NCBI RefSeq assembly: GCF_006345805.1
Contig: NW_021827363.1
Location: 1 to 10,589, forward strand
Reading direction: 5' to 3'
Length of the DNA stretch: 10,589 nucleotides
Source of the DNA: Octopus sinensis
Lineage: Eukaryota
Position 1 is the stretch's first letter. Every line of letters starts with the position of its first letter. The notes under the pieces were generated by a model that searched no databases, had not been told where the DNA came from, and saw only the letters and a program-made list of their open reading frames with translations. Position numbers and translations under genes: made by a program. This document shows, in pieces, positions 1 through 7,475 of this stretch.

Positions 1-230
1 TTTTTTTTCATCCATCATCGTACAGCCCAGTTCTCAGTTCTCATCTGCTAATCCCTGCCATCTCTGATGGGTTGAATAAATTGTGAAGGGTTTTTTTGAA
101 TTAGCATTTTTTTGAGCCCTACAGTCATATTCTTACCTTCTTGGAACTCAAACCCCTTGTTGTTATTTTGGATGCAATTTGGCAAGCAGTAGAAATTCTT
201 CAGACAAATGGGGATATTATTCTGGATATT

Positions 231-622
231 AGATAGATAGGAGCACTCCGTCGGTTACGACGATGAGGGTCCCAGCTGATACGATCAATGGAACAGCTTG
301 CTCGTGGAATTAACATGCAAGTGGCTGAGCATTCCACAGACACGTGTACCCTTAACGTAGTTCTCGAGGAGATTCAGCGTGACACAGAGTGTGACAAGGC
401 TGGCCCCTTTGAAATACAGGTACAACAGAAACAGGAAGAAAAAGTGAGAGAAAGTTGTGGTGAAAGAGTACAGCAGGGTTCACTACCACCCCCTGCAGGA
501 GCCTTGTGAAGCTTTAGGTGTTTTCGCTCAATAAACACTCACAATGTCCGGTCTGGGAATCGAAACCGCGATCCTACGACCGCGAGTCCGCTGCCCTAAC
601 CACTGGGCCATTGCGTCTCCAC
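231..622 (-). mobile_element. Full-length tRNA-derived SINE (head resembles tRNA-Arg; possibly an octopus OR-type SINE)
   Basis: The minus strand begins GTGGAGACGCAATGGCCCAGTGGTTAGGGCAGCGGACTCGCGGTCGTAGGATCGCGGTTTCGATTCCC, with A box TGGCCCAGTGG and B box GGTTTCGATTCC. It ends in a (TATC)n tail. A 12-bp direct repeat CTTCAGACAAAT at 198-209 and 622-633 is the likely TSD. The family name is from memory. Confidence 0.88.
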
Positions 623-633
623 TTCAGACAAAT

Positions 634-900
634 ACACCAATTTGAATGACTTAGAACCATATAACCATAACCTTATCTGGAATTTTTACATTGGTGGATA
701 GAATTAAAATATTACTAGCACATGTTTTGTTAAGACCTACCAAAAGTGAATATCCGGTCTGTTGTGCTGTGTCCAGGATGGATGCCACACTGTTGTTAGG
801 GAGGATCCTGTTGAACCTCCTGTTAAACTATTTTAATGTGGATCCTTGTCCACTTGTATGTTGTTGTTAGCATTGTAATGTTCTTGTCACCACTATCATG
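634..900 (-). pseudogene. Decayed non-LTR retrotransposon reverse-transcriptase remnant (RTE-like LINE)
   Basis: The minus strand at 795-742 translates QQCGIHPGHSTTDRIFTF, matching the LINE RT motif EEQxGFRxGRSTTDxIFTL. After a frameshift it reads ...PDKVMVIWF*VIQIGV (compare DRVPRxVIWxALRKLGV). Stops and frameshifts are present and the boundaries are approximate. Confidence 0.55.
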
Positions 901-1047
901 TTCTGGTGGTGTTTCATATCTTATTATCTTTGACTCATTTATCATGCTATCACTGATAGCTCTGCAAGATGATGATTTTGGACCTTCTGCCTTGACAGGA
1001 ACTGGAACTAGTATATGTCATGTAACCGACACTGATTCCAACTGAGA

Positions 1048-1184
1048 AACTCATAGAATGACTCTACTACTACTACTACTGACCATGACTACAACAACTA
1101 ACTGCCTGGTTTTATAGTGGCTGAGTCATACCACTTGTCACATGGGAAGGGGTGTACCATTTTCACTACAACATAAACTTTCTA
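1048..1184 (+). repeat. Copy 1 (probable donor) of a 137/134-bp dispersed direct duplication
   Basis: Identical to 2880-3013 apart from one extra TAC unit (5 versus 4). Confidence 0.97.
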
Positions 1185-1315
1185 TGGAAGCTCTCATAAA
1201 GAACTCACTTCTAACCCAGGTTATATCTGCTCCAATAATCAGTGGTTCTTTGGTCAGTGAAACCTCTTTGACACTTGACATTCAATGGCAAGGTGAGCTG
1301 CTACAGATCACACCA

Positions 1316-1536
1316 TCTGGTGGTGATTGGCATTAGGAAGGGCATCCAGCAGTGAAAAATCATGCCAAAAGAGACCCCTCCAGTGCTGATGCCACATAGA
1401 AAAGCACTGGCCAGCATTAGGAAGGGCGTCCAGCTGTAAAAATCCTGCCAAAACAGACAATGGAGCTTAGTGCAGTCTTCTGGCTTGCCAGTTTCTGTCA
1501 AACTGTCCAACCCATGCCAGCATGGAAAACAGACAT

Positions 1537-1573
<37 letters not shown>
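1316..1573 (+). mobile_element. 5'-truncated SINE/LINE 3' end with RTE-type tail and (GAT)n
   Basis: Contains GGCATTAGGAAGGGCATCCAGC...CCAACCCATGCCAGCATGGAAAACAGACATT followed by (GAT)n. Homologous to 5972-6167 (+), 8684-8850 (-) and the tail of 5273-5724 (-). Confidence 0.8.
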
Positions 1574-1917
1574 CAGGTTTAAGAAATCAGTAAATTATTC
1601 CCTCCCCTTCTCAAGGATGATTTTTTCTCTGTAAAGAGACGAATCCCAGCTGAGTCCTTAATGTAGATATGAAAGAGGGTTTCTTGTTACAGAGCTAGTT
1701 GGTTACTTGTAGTTTTACTTTACAAGTCATACATTTCTGAAGTTAATGAGGATCTAACGAGATGCAATAATGAAGTTAATAGAGCTTCTCATGTTGCCAG
1801 AGATGGGGACCAGTGGCGGCAGTGGAGTGGTCAGGGGTGTAGAGTGCACTATATCGCTGGTAGAAATTAAAGATTATGTGAGAGGGGGGGCTGCGTGTTT
1901 GCATGCACGTGATTGCA

Positions 1918-1974
1918 TGTGTGTTTGTGTGTGTGTGCGTGTGCGATTGGGTGAGTGAGTGTGTGTGTGTGTGT
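1918..1974 (+). repeat. Imperfect (GT)n microsatellite
   Basis: Seen directly. Confidence 0.9.
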
Positions 1975-2029
1975 TTGTTAGTCTTCAATTCCACCAGGTT
2001 CAATCACCAAGGAATCAGGTCAAACCAAC

Positions 2030-2110
2030 CAATAGGTAGCCTCTATGCGGTCACATGATCTGCTAGAAATAGCAACCAAAATGTCCTCAAATAAAAGTTT
2101 ACCAACTAAA
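2030..2110 (+). mobile_element. Diverged interspersed-repeat fragment; second copy on the minus strand at about 9235-9310
   Basis: GGTCACATGATCTGCTAGAAATAGCAACCAAA aligns by eye with the reverse complement of 9235-9310 (GGTCACTTGAGTTGCTAGAAGCAGCTACCAATT). Confidence 0.45.
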
Positions 2111-2240
2111 AAAGAAAACAGAATAGCACATTGGCTAATAAGGCATAGGTCTAAGCTTTCTGTGGAAAAAGGCAGGATGGTCAGAGGTGGAGAGTATTTC
2201 ATCAAAGATGAAGGGAAAAAGCTAATAAATATACTCTTTT

Positions 2241-2539
2241 ACCTCAGGCTGACCAAAGCCTTGTGAGTGGATTTGGTAGATGGAAACTGAAAGAAGCCTG
2301 TCATATATATATTTGTGTGTGTGTGTGTGTGGGTGTGTGTGTGTGTGTGTGTGTGTATGTTTGTATGTCTGTGTTTGTCCCCCCAACATTGCTTGAAAAC
2401 TGATGCAGCTCATCAAAAAAGACTGATAGAATAAGTACTAGGCTTACAAAGAATAAGTCCTGGGATCGACTTGCTTGACTAAAGGCAGTGCTCCAGCATG
2501 GCTAGAGTCAAATGACTGAAACAATTGAAAGAATAAAAA
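2241..2539 (+). mobile_element. 5'-truncated CORE-type SINE with internal (GT)n and GGTGCTCCAGCATGG tail
   Basis: Collinear with the reverse complement of 6641-6940: GACCAAAGCCTTGTGAGTGGATTTGGTAGATGGAAACTGAAAGAAGCCTGTC, then microsatellite, then AGAATAAGTCCTGGG...GTGCTCCAGCATGGC...AATGACTGAAAC. Confidence 0.85.
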
Positions 2540-2541
2540 AC

Positions 2542-2793
2542 AATTTCTGCAATCACCTCACCCATAACATCTGGCCACCTAACTCCCCAGATTGCAACCC
2601 CCTTGATTATTATGTGTGGGGCACAGTTGAGTGAGAGACCACCAAAACTCCTTGTAACACCAAAGATGAACTGAAGGCAAGGATTATGATGGCATTCACC
2701 AACTTAAACAAGGAGACCGTCCAGAAGAGTTGCAGGAGATTCCGAAGTTGTCTGGAGCCTATGGTTGAAGCCAATTGCAATTTTATAGAATAA
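2542..2793 (+). pseudogene. Tc1/mariner-superfamily transposase C-terminus, third catalytic residue D (maT/DD37D-like)
   Basis: One frame reads NFCNHLTHNIWPPNSPDCNPLDYYVWGTVE*ETTKTPCNTKDELKARIMMAFTNLNKETVQKSCRRFRSCLEPMVEANCNFIE*. The WPPxSPDxNPLDY motif is diagnostic of the superfamily. There is an in-frame TGA at 2632-2634 and the N-terminus is missing. Confidence 0.9.
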
Positions 2794-2879
2794 ATTTACT
2801 CTTTAGCATTTCAAGATATTTTAATGTAATTTTGGTAAATGAAACGTCAGTGTTATTTTCATTTTTGCGTAATTTAGAC

Positions 2880-3013
2880 AACTCATAGAATGACTCTACT
2901 ACTACTACTGACCATGACTACAACAACTAACTGCCTGGTTTTATAGTGGCTGAGTCATACCACTTGTCACATGGGAAGGGGTGTACCATTTTCACTACAA
3001 CATAAACTTTCTA
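2880..3013 (+). repeat. Copy 2 (probable insert) of the 137/134-bp duplication
   Basis: Identical to 1048-1184 except for one TAC unit. ACTCAT occurs at both junctions (2881-2886 and 3013-3018). Confidence 0.97.
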
Positions 3014-3027
3014 CTCATCACACCCTG

Positions 3028-3092
<65 letters not shown>
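3028..3092. repeat. (TA)n microsatellite starting at the mariner TA target site
   Basis: Seen directly. Confidence 0.95.
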
Positions 3093-3096
<4 letters not shown>

Positions 3097-3143
3097 TTCA
3101 CATTTGCCACATGGCCAGCAATTTTGGCAAAGGTAGTAAATCG

Positions 3144-3273
3144 TTTACATTGACCTTGAAAGGATGAAAAGTAAAGTCAGCCTCAGCAGAATTTGAACTC
3201 AGATCGTCTAAAGCAGATGGAATGTCACCAAGCACGTTACCTGACATGCTAACGATTCTTCCAGCTTGCTGCC
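3144..3273 (-). mobile_element. 5' fragment of the SINE family seen at 7965-8374
   Basis: The reverse complement AGGGCAGCAAGCTGGAAGAATCGTTAGCATGTCAGG...TCTGAGTTCAAATTCTGCTGAGGCTGACTTTACTTTTCATCCTTTC aligns with 7965-8085. Confidence 0.8.
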
Positions 3274-3360
3274 CTATGACAATGTAATAATTACACATAC
3301 CTTATATAGGTAATAATTAAATTGCATCTGATGCACTTTATTGTGTTTTGTTTTGCAAGT

Positions 3361-3439
3361 GACCCCCCCTGCCGGTCTGTAGAAAAAAATTGTCTTGCAT
3401 TAAACCAGTCTCTGGTGCAACATAGGTTGAAAACTGCTG
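3361..3439 (+). mobile_element. hAT (Charlie3/MER1-like) terminal fragment
   Basis: CCGGTCTGTAGAAAAAAATTGTCTTGCATTAAACCAGTCTCTGGTGCAACATAGGTTGAAAACTGCTG resembles the MER1 end as I recall it (CCGGTCCGTGGAAAAATTGTCTTCCACGAAACCGGTCCCTGGTGCCAAAAAGGTTGGGGACCGCTG). The other TIR was not found. Confidence 0.55.
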
Positions 3440-3465
3440 TCATTGGGGGTTAATTTGGGTACATA

Positions 3466-3520
3466 CCAGATCAGTTCTGGTAGAACTATGATCATGACAT
3501 TCCAGCCATGACTCTCTTGT
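3466..3520 (-). mobile_element. Diverged fragment of the repeat at 6400-6484
   Basis: Shares CTATGAT...CATTCCAGCCAYGAC with 6445-6473. Confidence 0.45.
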
Positions 3521-3590
3521 CAAGTGCATCCCTTCTAGCCTGTTGTGTGTCCGCTTAGACTGAGGCTCCTTCATTATAGCACATTTTATA

Positions 3591-3634
3591 TCTTATTTCT
3601 TTCATAGTACTGTGGCCACGCTGGAGCACTGCTT
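3591..3634 (-). mobile_element. Short SINE 3'-tail fragment (GTGCTCCAGCRTGGC type)
   Basis: ACTGTGGCCACGCTGGAGCAC matches ACTGCAGCCATGCTGGAGCAC at 6664-6684. Confidence 0.55.
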
Positions 3635-3964
3635 CCAGTGGGGAAGGGGGACTGTACAAGCTTGCAATGCCTACCCTACTCTAATCGAACCAAACCTCAA
3701 CTGAGATTATGTGTTGGGAGGAAGTGGTGGTGGTGGTGGTGGTGGGTGGAGTTGCAAGAAGGGAAACAGATGGAATTCTGCAGCCCTTTTGTTTTAGATG
3801 TCAAAAAATTAGGATAAAAAAGGGACGGGGAGTAGAGGAGGGGTTTGCTTATTTCCATTATGTTCCCCCTCCCCTCAAAAAACCCCTTTTAGGTTTCTTG
3901 TTATATTGGTTTGTTTATATCTTTAAGAAACTGAGCCCCCCCACCTAACTCTTTATTACCACTA

Positions 3965-4028
3965 GTGGTGGTGGTGTTGGTGGTGGTGGTGGTGGTGGTG
4001 GTGGTGGTGTTGTGTGTGGTGGTGGTGG
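3965..4028 (+). repeat. (GGT)n microsatellite
   Basis: Seen directly. It is the source of the poly-His ORF 3962-4312. Confidence 0.95.
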
Positions 4029-4102
4029 CATGATAGTTTATTAACAAAGGGAGTCATTGTTTCTGTTAGAGAATTGGTGGGGATAATGTGATGATATGAA
4101 AA

Positions 4103-4124
4103 GGGGGTGGGGTGGGGGTGGGGG
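4103..4124 (+). other. Canonical G-quadruplex motif G5-T-G4-T-G5-T-G5
   Basis: GGGGGTGGGGTGGGGGTGGGGG. Motif only; folding in vivo is unknown. Confidence 0.6.
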
Positions 4125-4252
4125 CAACAGGGTAGTAAGAGATAGGGGTGGGATGCAAATGGAAAATGGGTGGTTTGGGGTGGTGCTCTGGCTGGTTTAC
4201 AGCTGTGGATAGGAAATTCTGTTTGAGAGGGTAGGGACAAGAAAAATAGGCT

Positions 4253-4445
4253 TATATATATATATATAGTATGGGTGTGTTTGTATGTGCACACATATAT
4301 AAATACACACACATATATATATATCTATATATCTATATATACACACACATATATATTACATGTGTATATATATATTATATGTGTGCGTGCGTATACATAT
4401 ATATACATATGTACTTATATATATATCATACATATTGTGTATATG
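4253..4445. repeat. Compound (TA)/(CA)/(GT) low-complexity tract
   Basis: Seen directly. Confidence 0.9.
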
Positions 4446-4702
4446 AGTACATGGAAAATTCATGATTAAAATAGAAGCATTCTCAATACTTGTGTAGAGA
4501 AAGTAGAGCAAATTTTTAATATATTGGTTGTGGTTCAGTTTAGCATTTCATTACTTTCAGTTTTATATCCCCAGGGTACCCTTACGATATTCTCAATATA
4601 ATCATCAGGCGGGAATAATAACAGTGTGGTTAACCTTTCACAGCAGAATCTAATCCAGTTGTAATGATTTATTTGTAATTTACATGTTTGTTTGGTTGGT
4701 TG

Positions 4703-4832
4703 GTTGGCTGTGTGGTTAAGAATTTTGGTTTTGGAACTTAGATGGTTCTGGGTTCAATCCAACTACTCAGCACTTGGAAAAATGTTTTCTTGTTTAGCTG
4801 TAGTTAACTGTTGCCTTTGATTGAATTTTGGT
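4703..4832 (+). mobile_element. Old, diverged head of the CORE-type SINE
   Basis: GGCTGTGTGGTTAAG (A box) ... GGTTCTGGGTTCAATCC (B box) ... GCACTTGGAAAAATGTTTTCTT, followed by (GT)n as in younger copies. Confidence 0.6.
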
Positions 4833-4853
4833 AGTAATTTTTATATACAGAAA

Positions 4854-4885
<32 letters not shown>

Positions 4886-4912
4886 TGTGTTGTGTGTGTG
4901 TGTTGTGTGTGT
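4854..4912 (+). repeat. (GT)n microsatellite
   Basis: Seen directly. Confidence 0.95.
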
Positions 4913-5272
4913 ACAATTATGAATTGCAAATCAAAACAGTTTCATTTATTGCATCACATGCCCACAATGCAGTGAGAATTATATCAGTCAAACAGGAACA
5001 TAATTAATAGATCGGATTAGGATACATAAACAACAAATACAGGATCCATTAAAAAAAATTTCCATGAAAGAAACATCTAGATAGTTGTACAAATATAAAA
5101 TTCAAAATATTTCCTTTTTCAAAAGTAAAAAGGCAAAGATGAATACTGTATAAGAAGTCTCAATCCAAAATTAAACTGAAAATAGTAAAAACTGCTACCT
5201 TATAACGTGTGTTTGAAAATATGACATACACAAAACTTTCTTCCGTAACTCCTGTGTTAATCTGCTTTGTAG

Positions 5273-5724
5273 ATCATCATCACCATCATCATCACCGTCA
5301 TTGTCATCATCATCATTGTTTTAACGTCCACTTTTCCATGTTTACGTGAGTTGGGTGGAATCTATTGAGGCAGATTTTCTACCACCAGATGTCCTTCCTG
5401 TTGCCAACCCTAACCTGTTTCCCAGCAAGGTAATATTTCTCCATGGTCAGATATGATCTCACAAAATATTGGAAGTGAATGACACTCCTTGTATGACACT
5501 GACAACCATTTCACAACTGTCACATGATGTCAAGGCAAGGAGACACAGACATACATATACACATTATACAATGTACTTCTTTCAGTTTCTGTCTATCAAG
5601 TCCACTCATAAGTCTTTGGTTGGCCCAAGGCCATATTAGAATACATTTGCCCAAGGTGCCACATACGAGAAATGAACCCAAAACCATGTGGTTGGGAAAC
5701 AAGCTTCTTACCACTCAGCCCTAT
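5273..5724 (-). mobile_element. Near full-length CORE-type SINE with RTE-type (GAT)n tail
   Basis: The minus strand reads GGCTGAGTGGTAAGAAGC...GGGTTCATTTC (A/B boxes), TGGCACCTTGGGCAAATG (CORE-like), ...GACAGAAACTGAAAGAAG, then GGTTGGCAACAGGAAGGACATC...CATGGAAAAGTGGACGTTAAAAC and (GAT)n. Confidence 0.8.
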
Positions 5725-5971
5725 CTATTTTTACTCCCCTTCATGAGCGTTTTCACCCTGAAACACCATCACTGCTTTCTGGCTCCACCAACCCTCCTTC
5801 CTGTAATGTAAGTAACCACATAGCTCCTCTACAGCAAGAAATCTGTTCTGCCCTGACCCCTTCTCACAGAATTTAATCCCTCATTTCCAAGCTTAAATCC
5901 ATCTCCATCCCCATTATAGCCACACTCAGTCAAAGAGGATCTTAGTTTTGCAAGCTTCATGGCGATCTCAC

Positions 5972-6167
5972 AAGTGCTGGTGCCACAAAAAAAAAAAAAA
6001 AAGCATCCTCTACACATTTTGAAGTGGTTGGCATTAGGAAAGACATCCAGCTGCAAAAACCGTGCCAAAGTAGACACTGGATCAGTGTGAGGTCATTGGG
6101 CCTATCAGAACCTGTAGAACTGTTTCAACACCAGCCAGCATGGAACATGGACATTAAATGCTGATCA
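5972..6167 (+). mobile_element. 5'-truncated RTE-tailed SINE fragment
   Basis: GTGCTGGTGCCAC(A)nGCATCC...GTGGTTGGCATTAGGAAAGACATCCAGCTG...GCCAGCATGGAACATGGACATTAAATG. Confidence 0.75.
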
Positions 6168-6399
6168 TTATAGTATGTGTAACAAAGAGAAGAAAAGAAC
6201 TGCCGATATGTTATATATTTATAGTTAAACGATGTATTCGAGGGGTCAGGGGTGGTATTATTGTTCAGTTTCCTACATACGTGAAGTATGTGTCTAATTA
6301 ATTTATTTAAACGTTAGGTGTTTGTTTATATATTTATATCACAACAGTCATAATTAACCAGGTACATCAACACCATCACCTTCACCACCTTAGATTCTT

Positions 6400-6484
6400 C
6401 TTGTTGTTGTTGCTTATCTCTTGGTCAATCCTGATTGAACAGCTCTATGATTGAAAGCATTCCAGCCACGACCATCCCATCTTT
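6400..6484 (-). mobile_element. Retroposon 3' fragment ending in (CAA)n
   Basis: The minus strand reads GATGGGATGGTCGTGGCTGGAATGC...GACCAAGAGATAAGCAACAACAACAAG. A related fragment is at 3466-3520. Confidence 0.45.
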
Positions 6485-6597
6485 AAGGAAACTACTGTAG
6501 AGTGTTGTTCACACCATAAGAATTTAGAAACTTTTGACAGAACGTGAACTAATTCTTTTTTGGAACGGGGAATCTTGGAGCAAACAAAGCTATAAAC

Positions 6598-7037
6598 CAG
6601 TGGTTCTCAACCGGGGTTCATATGGCCCTTGAGGTCCATACTCTTTCTTGTTTCAGTCATTTGACTGCAGCCATGCTGGAGCACCACCTTTAGTCGAGCA
6701 AATCGACCCCAGGACTTATTCTTTGTAAGCCCAGTACTTATTCTATCGGTCTCTTTTGCTGAACCGCTAAGTGACAGGGACGTAAACACACCAGCATCGG
6801 TTGTCAAGCATTGCTAGGGGGACAAACACAGACACACAAACATATACACACACACTTATATATATATACATATATACGACAGGCTTCTTTCAGTTTCCGT
6901 CTACCAAATCCACTCACAAGGCATTGGTCGGCCCGGGGCTATAGCAGAAGACACTTGCCCAAGATGCCACGCAGTGGGACTGAACCCGGAACCATGTGGT
7001 TGGTTAGCAAGCTACTTACCACACAGCCACTCCTGCG

Positions 7038-7075
<38 letters not shown>

Positions 7076-7358
7076 CATATATACGACAGGCTTCTTTCAG
7101 TTTCCGTCTACCAAATCCACTCACAAGGCATTGGTCGGCCCGGGGCTATAGCAGAAGACACTTGCCCAAGATGCCACGCAGTGGGACTGAACCCGGAACC
7201 ATGTGGTTGGTTAGCAAGCTACTTACCACACAGCCACTCCAGCGCCTATAAGATTTTATTGCTAAAATTTATGTGCAGTAAATTAGTTATACATCTACAA
7301 AACATTTTAATCTTTATGAACAATTTTTAATAATGTTTAATTACAAAAATACAGCAAG

Positions 7359-7396
<38 letters not shown>

Positions 7397-7475
7397 GTGA
7401 ATGGCTATTGAGGGTCCAGTAGAGTAAAATAGGAATGAAAGGAGCCCATAGGCAAAAAATGGTTGAGGACCACTG
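6598..7475 (+). mobile_element. Non-autonomous hAT-Charlie-type MITE (about 270 bp without the nested SINE)
   Basis: TIRs are CAGTGGTTCTCAACC (6598-6612) and GGTTGAGGACCACTG (7461-7475), matching at 14/15. The 8-bp TSD is CTATAAAC / CTTTAAGC (6/8) with a central TA, as expected for Charlie elements. Confidence 0.9.
6641..7246 (-). mobile_element. Young CORE-type tRNA SINE with duplicated head, inserted in the hAT MITE
   Basis: The head GGCGCWGGAGTGGCTGTGTGGTAAG...GGTTCCGGGTTCAGTCCC plus the CORE-like TGGCATCTTGGGCAAGTGTCTT occurs twice (period 207). A single tail follows, ending GGTGCTCCAGCATGGCTGCAGTCAAATGACTGAAACAAG. Confidence 0.93.

Larger units (their letters stand above)
2542..3027 (+). 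mobile_element. 3' end of the mariner-like transposon, ending ...CACACCCTG followed by TA
   Basis: The transposase stop is followed by about 90 bp of AT-rich sequence, then the 134-bp insert, then CTCATCACACCCTG|TA (3014-3029). CAGGGTG-type termini with a TA target are typical of this superfamily. The left TIR is not in view. Confidence 0.65.

Noticed and set aside
288-509. 73-aa ORF
   Set aside because: It lies wholly on the antisense strand of the SINE at 231-622.
540-622. Functional tRNA gene (likewise the heads at 5640-5724, 6960-7039 and 7165-7246)
   Set aside because: No complete acceptor stem or cloverleaf, and each runs straight into a SINE body.
1140-1290. LINE apurinic endonuclease remnant on the minus strand (EPLIIGAD...SENGTPL)
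   Set aside because: Similarity to LIIGGDFN and RNENGxRL is too weak by eye, and the spacing to the RT motif is too short. It needs an HMM search.
4570-4680. Plus-strand exon after the acceptor-like TATCCCCAG
   Set aside because: All three frames close before a convincing donor, and the peptides are unrecognisable.
4920-5270. 3' UTR on the minus strand with AATAAA at 4945-4950
   Set aside because: The hexamer is common in AT-rich DNA, the downstream sequence is CA-rich rather than GU-rich, and no upstream coding exon was identified.
5730-5960. ORFs 5688-5876 and 5829-6077
   Set aside because: Short, overlapping SINE ends, with no recognisable motif or splice pair. Possibly another decayed LINE piece, but unsupported.
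6811-7330. 146-aa and 118-aa ORFs with an internal repeat
   Set aside because: They are the antisense reading of the duplicated SINE head and (TA)n, with no protein motif.
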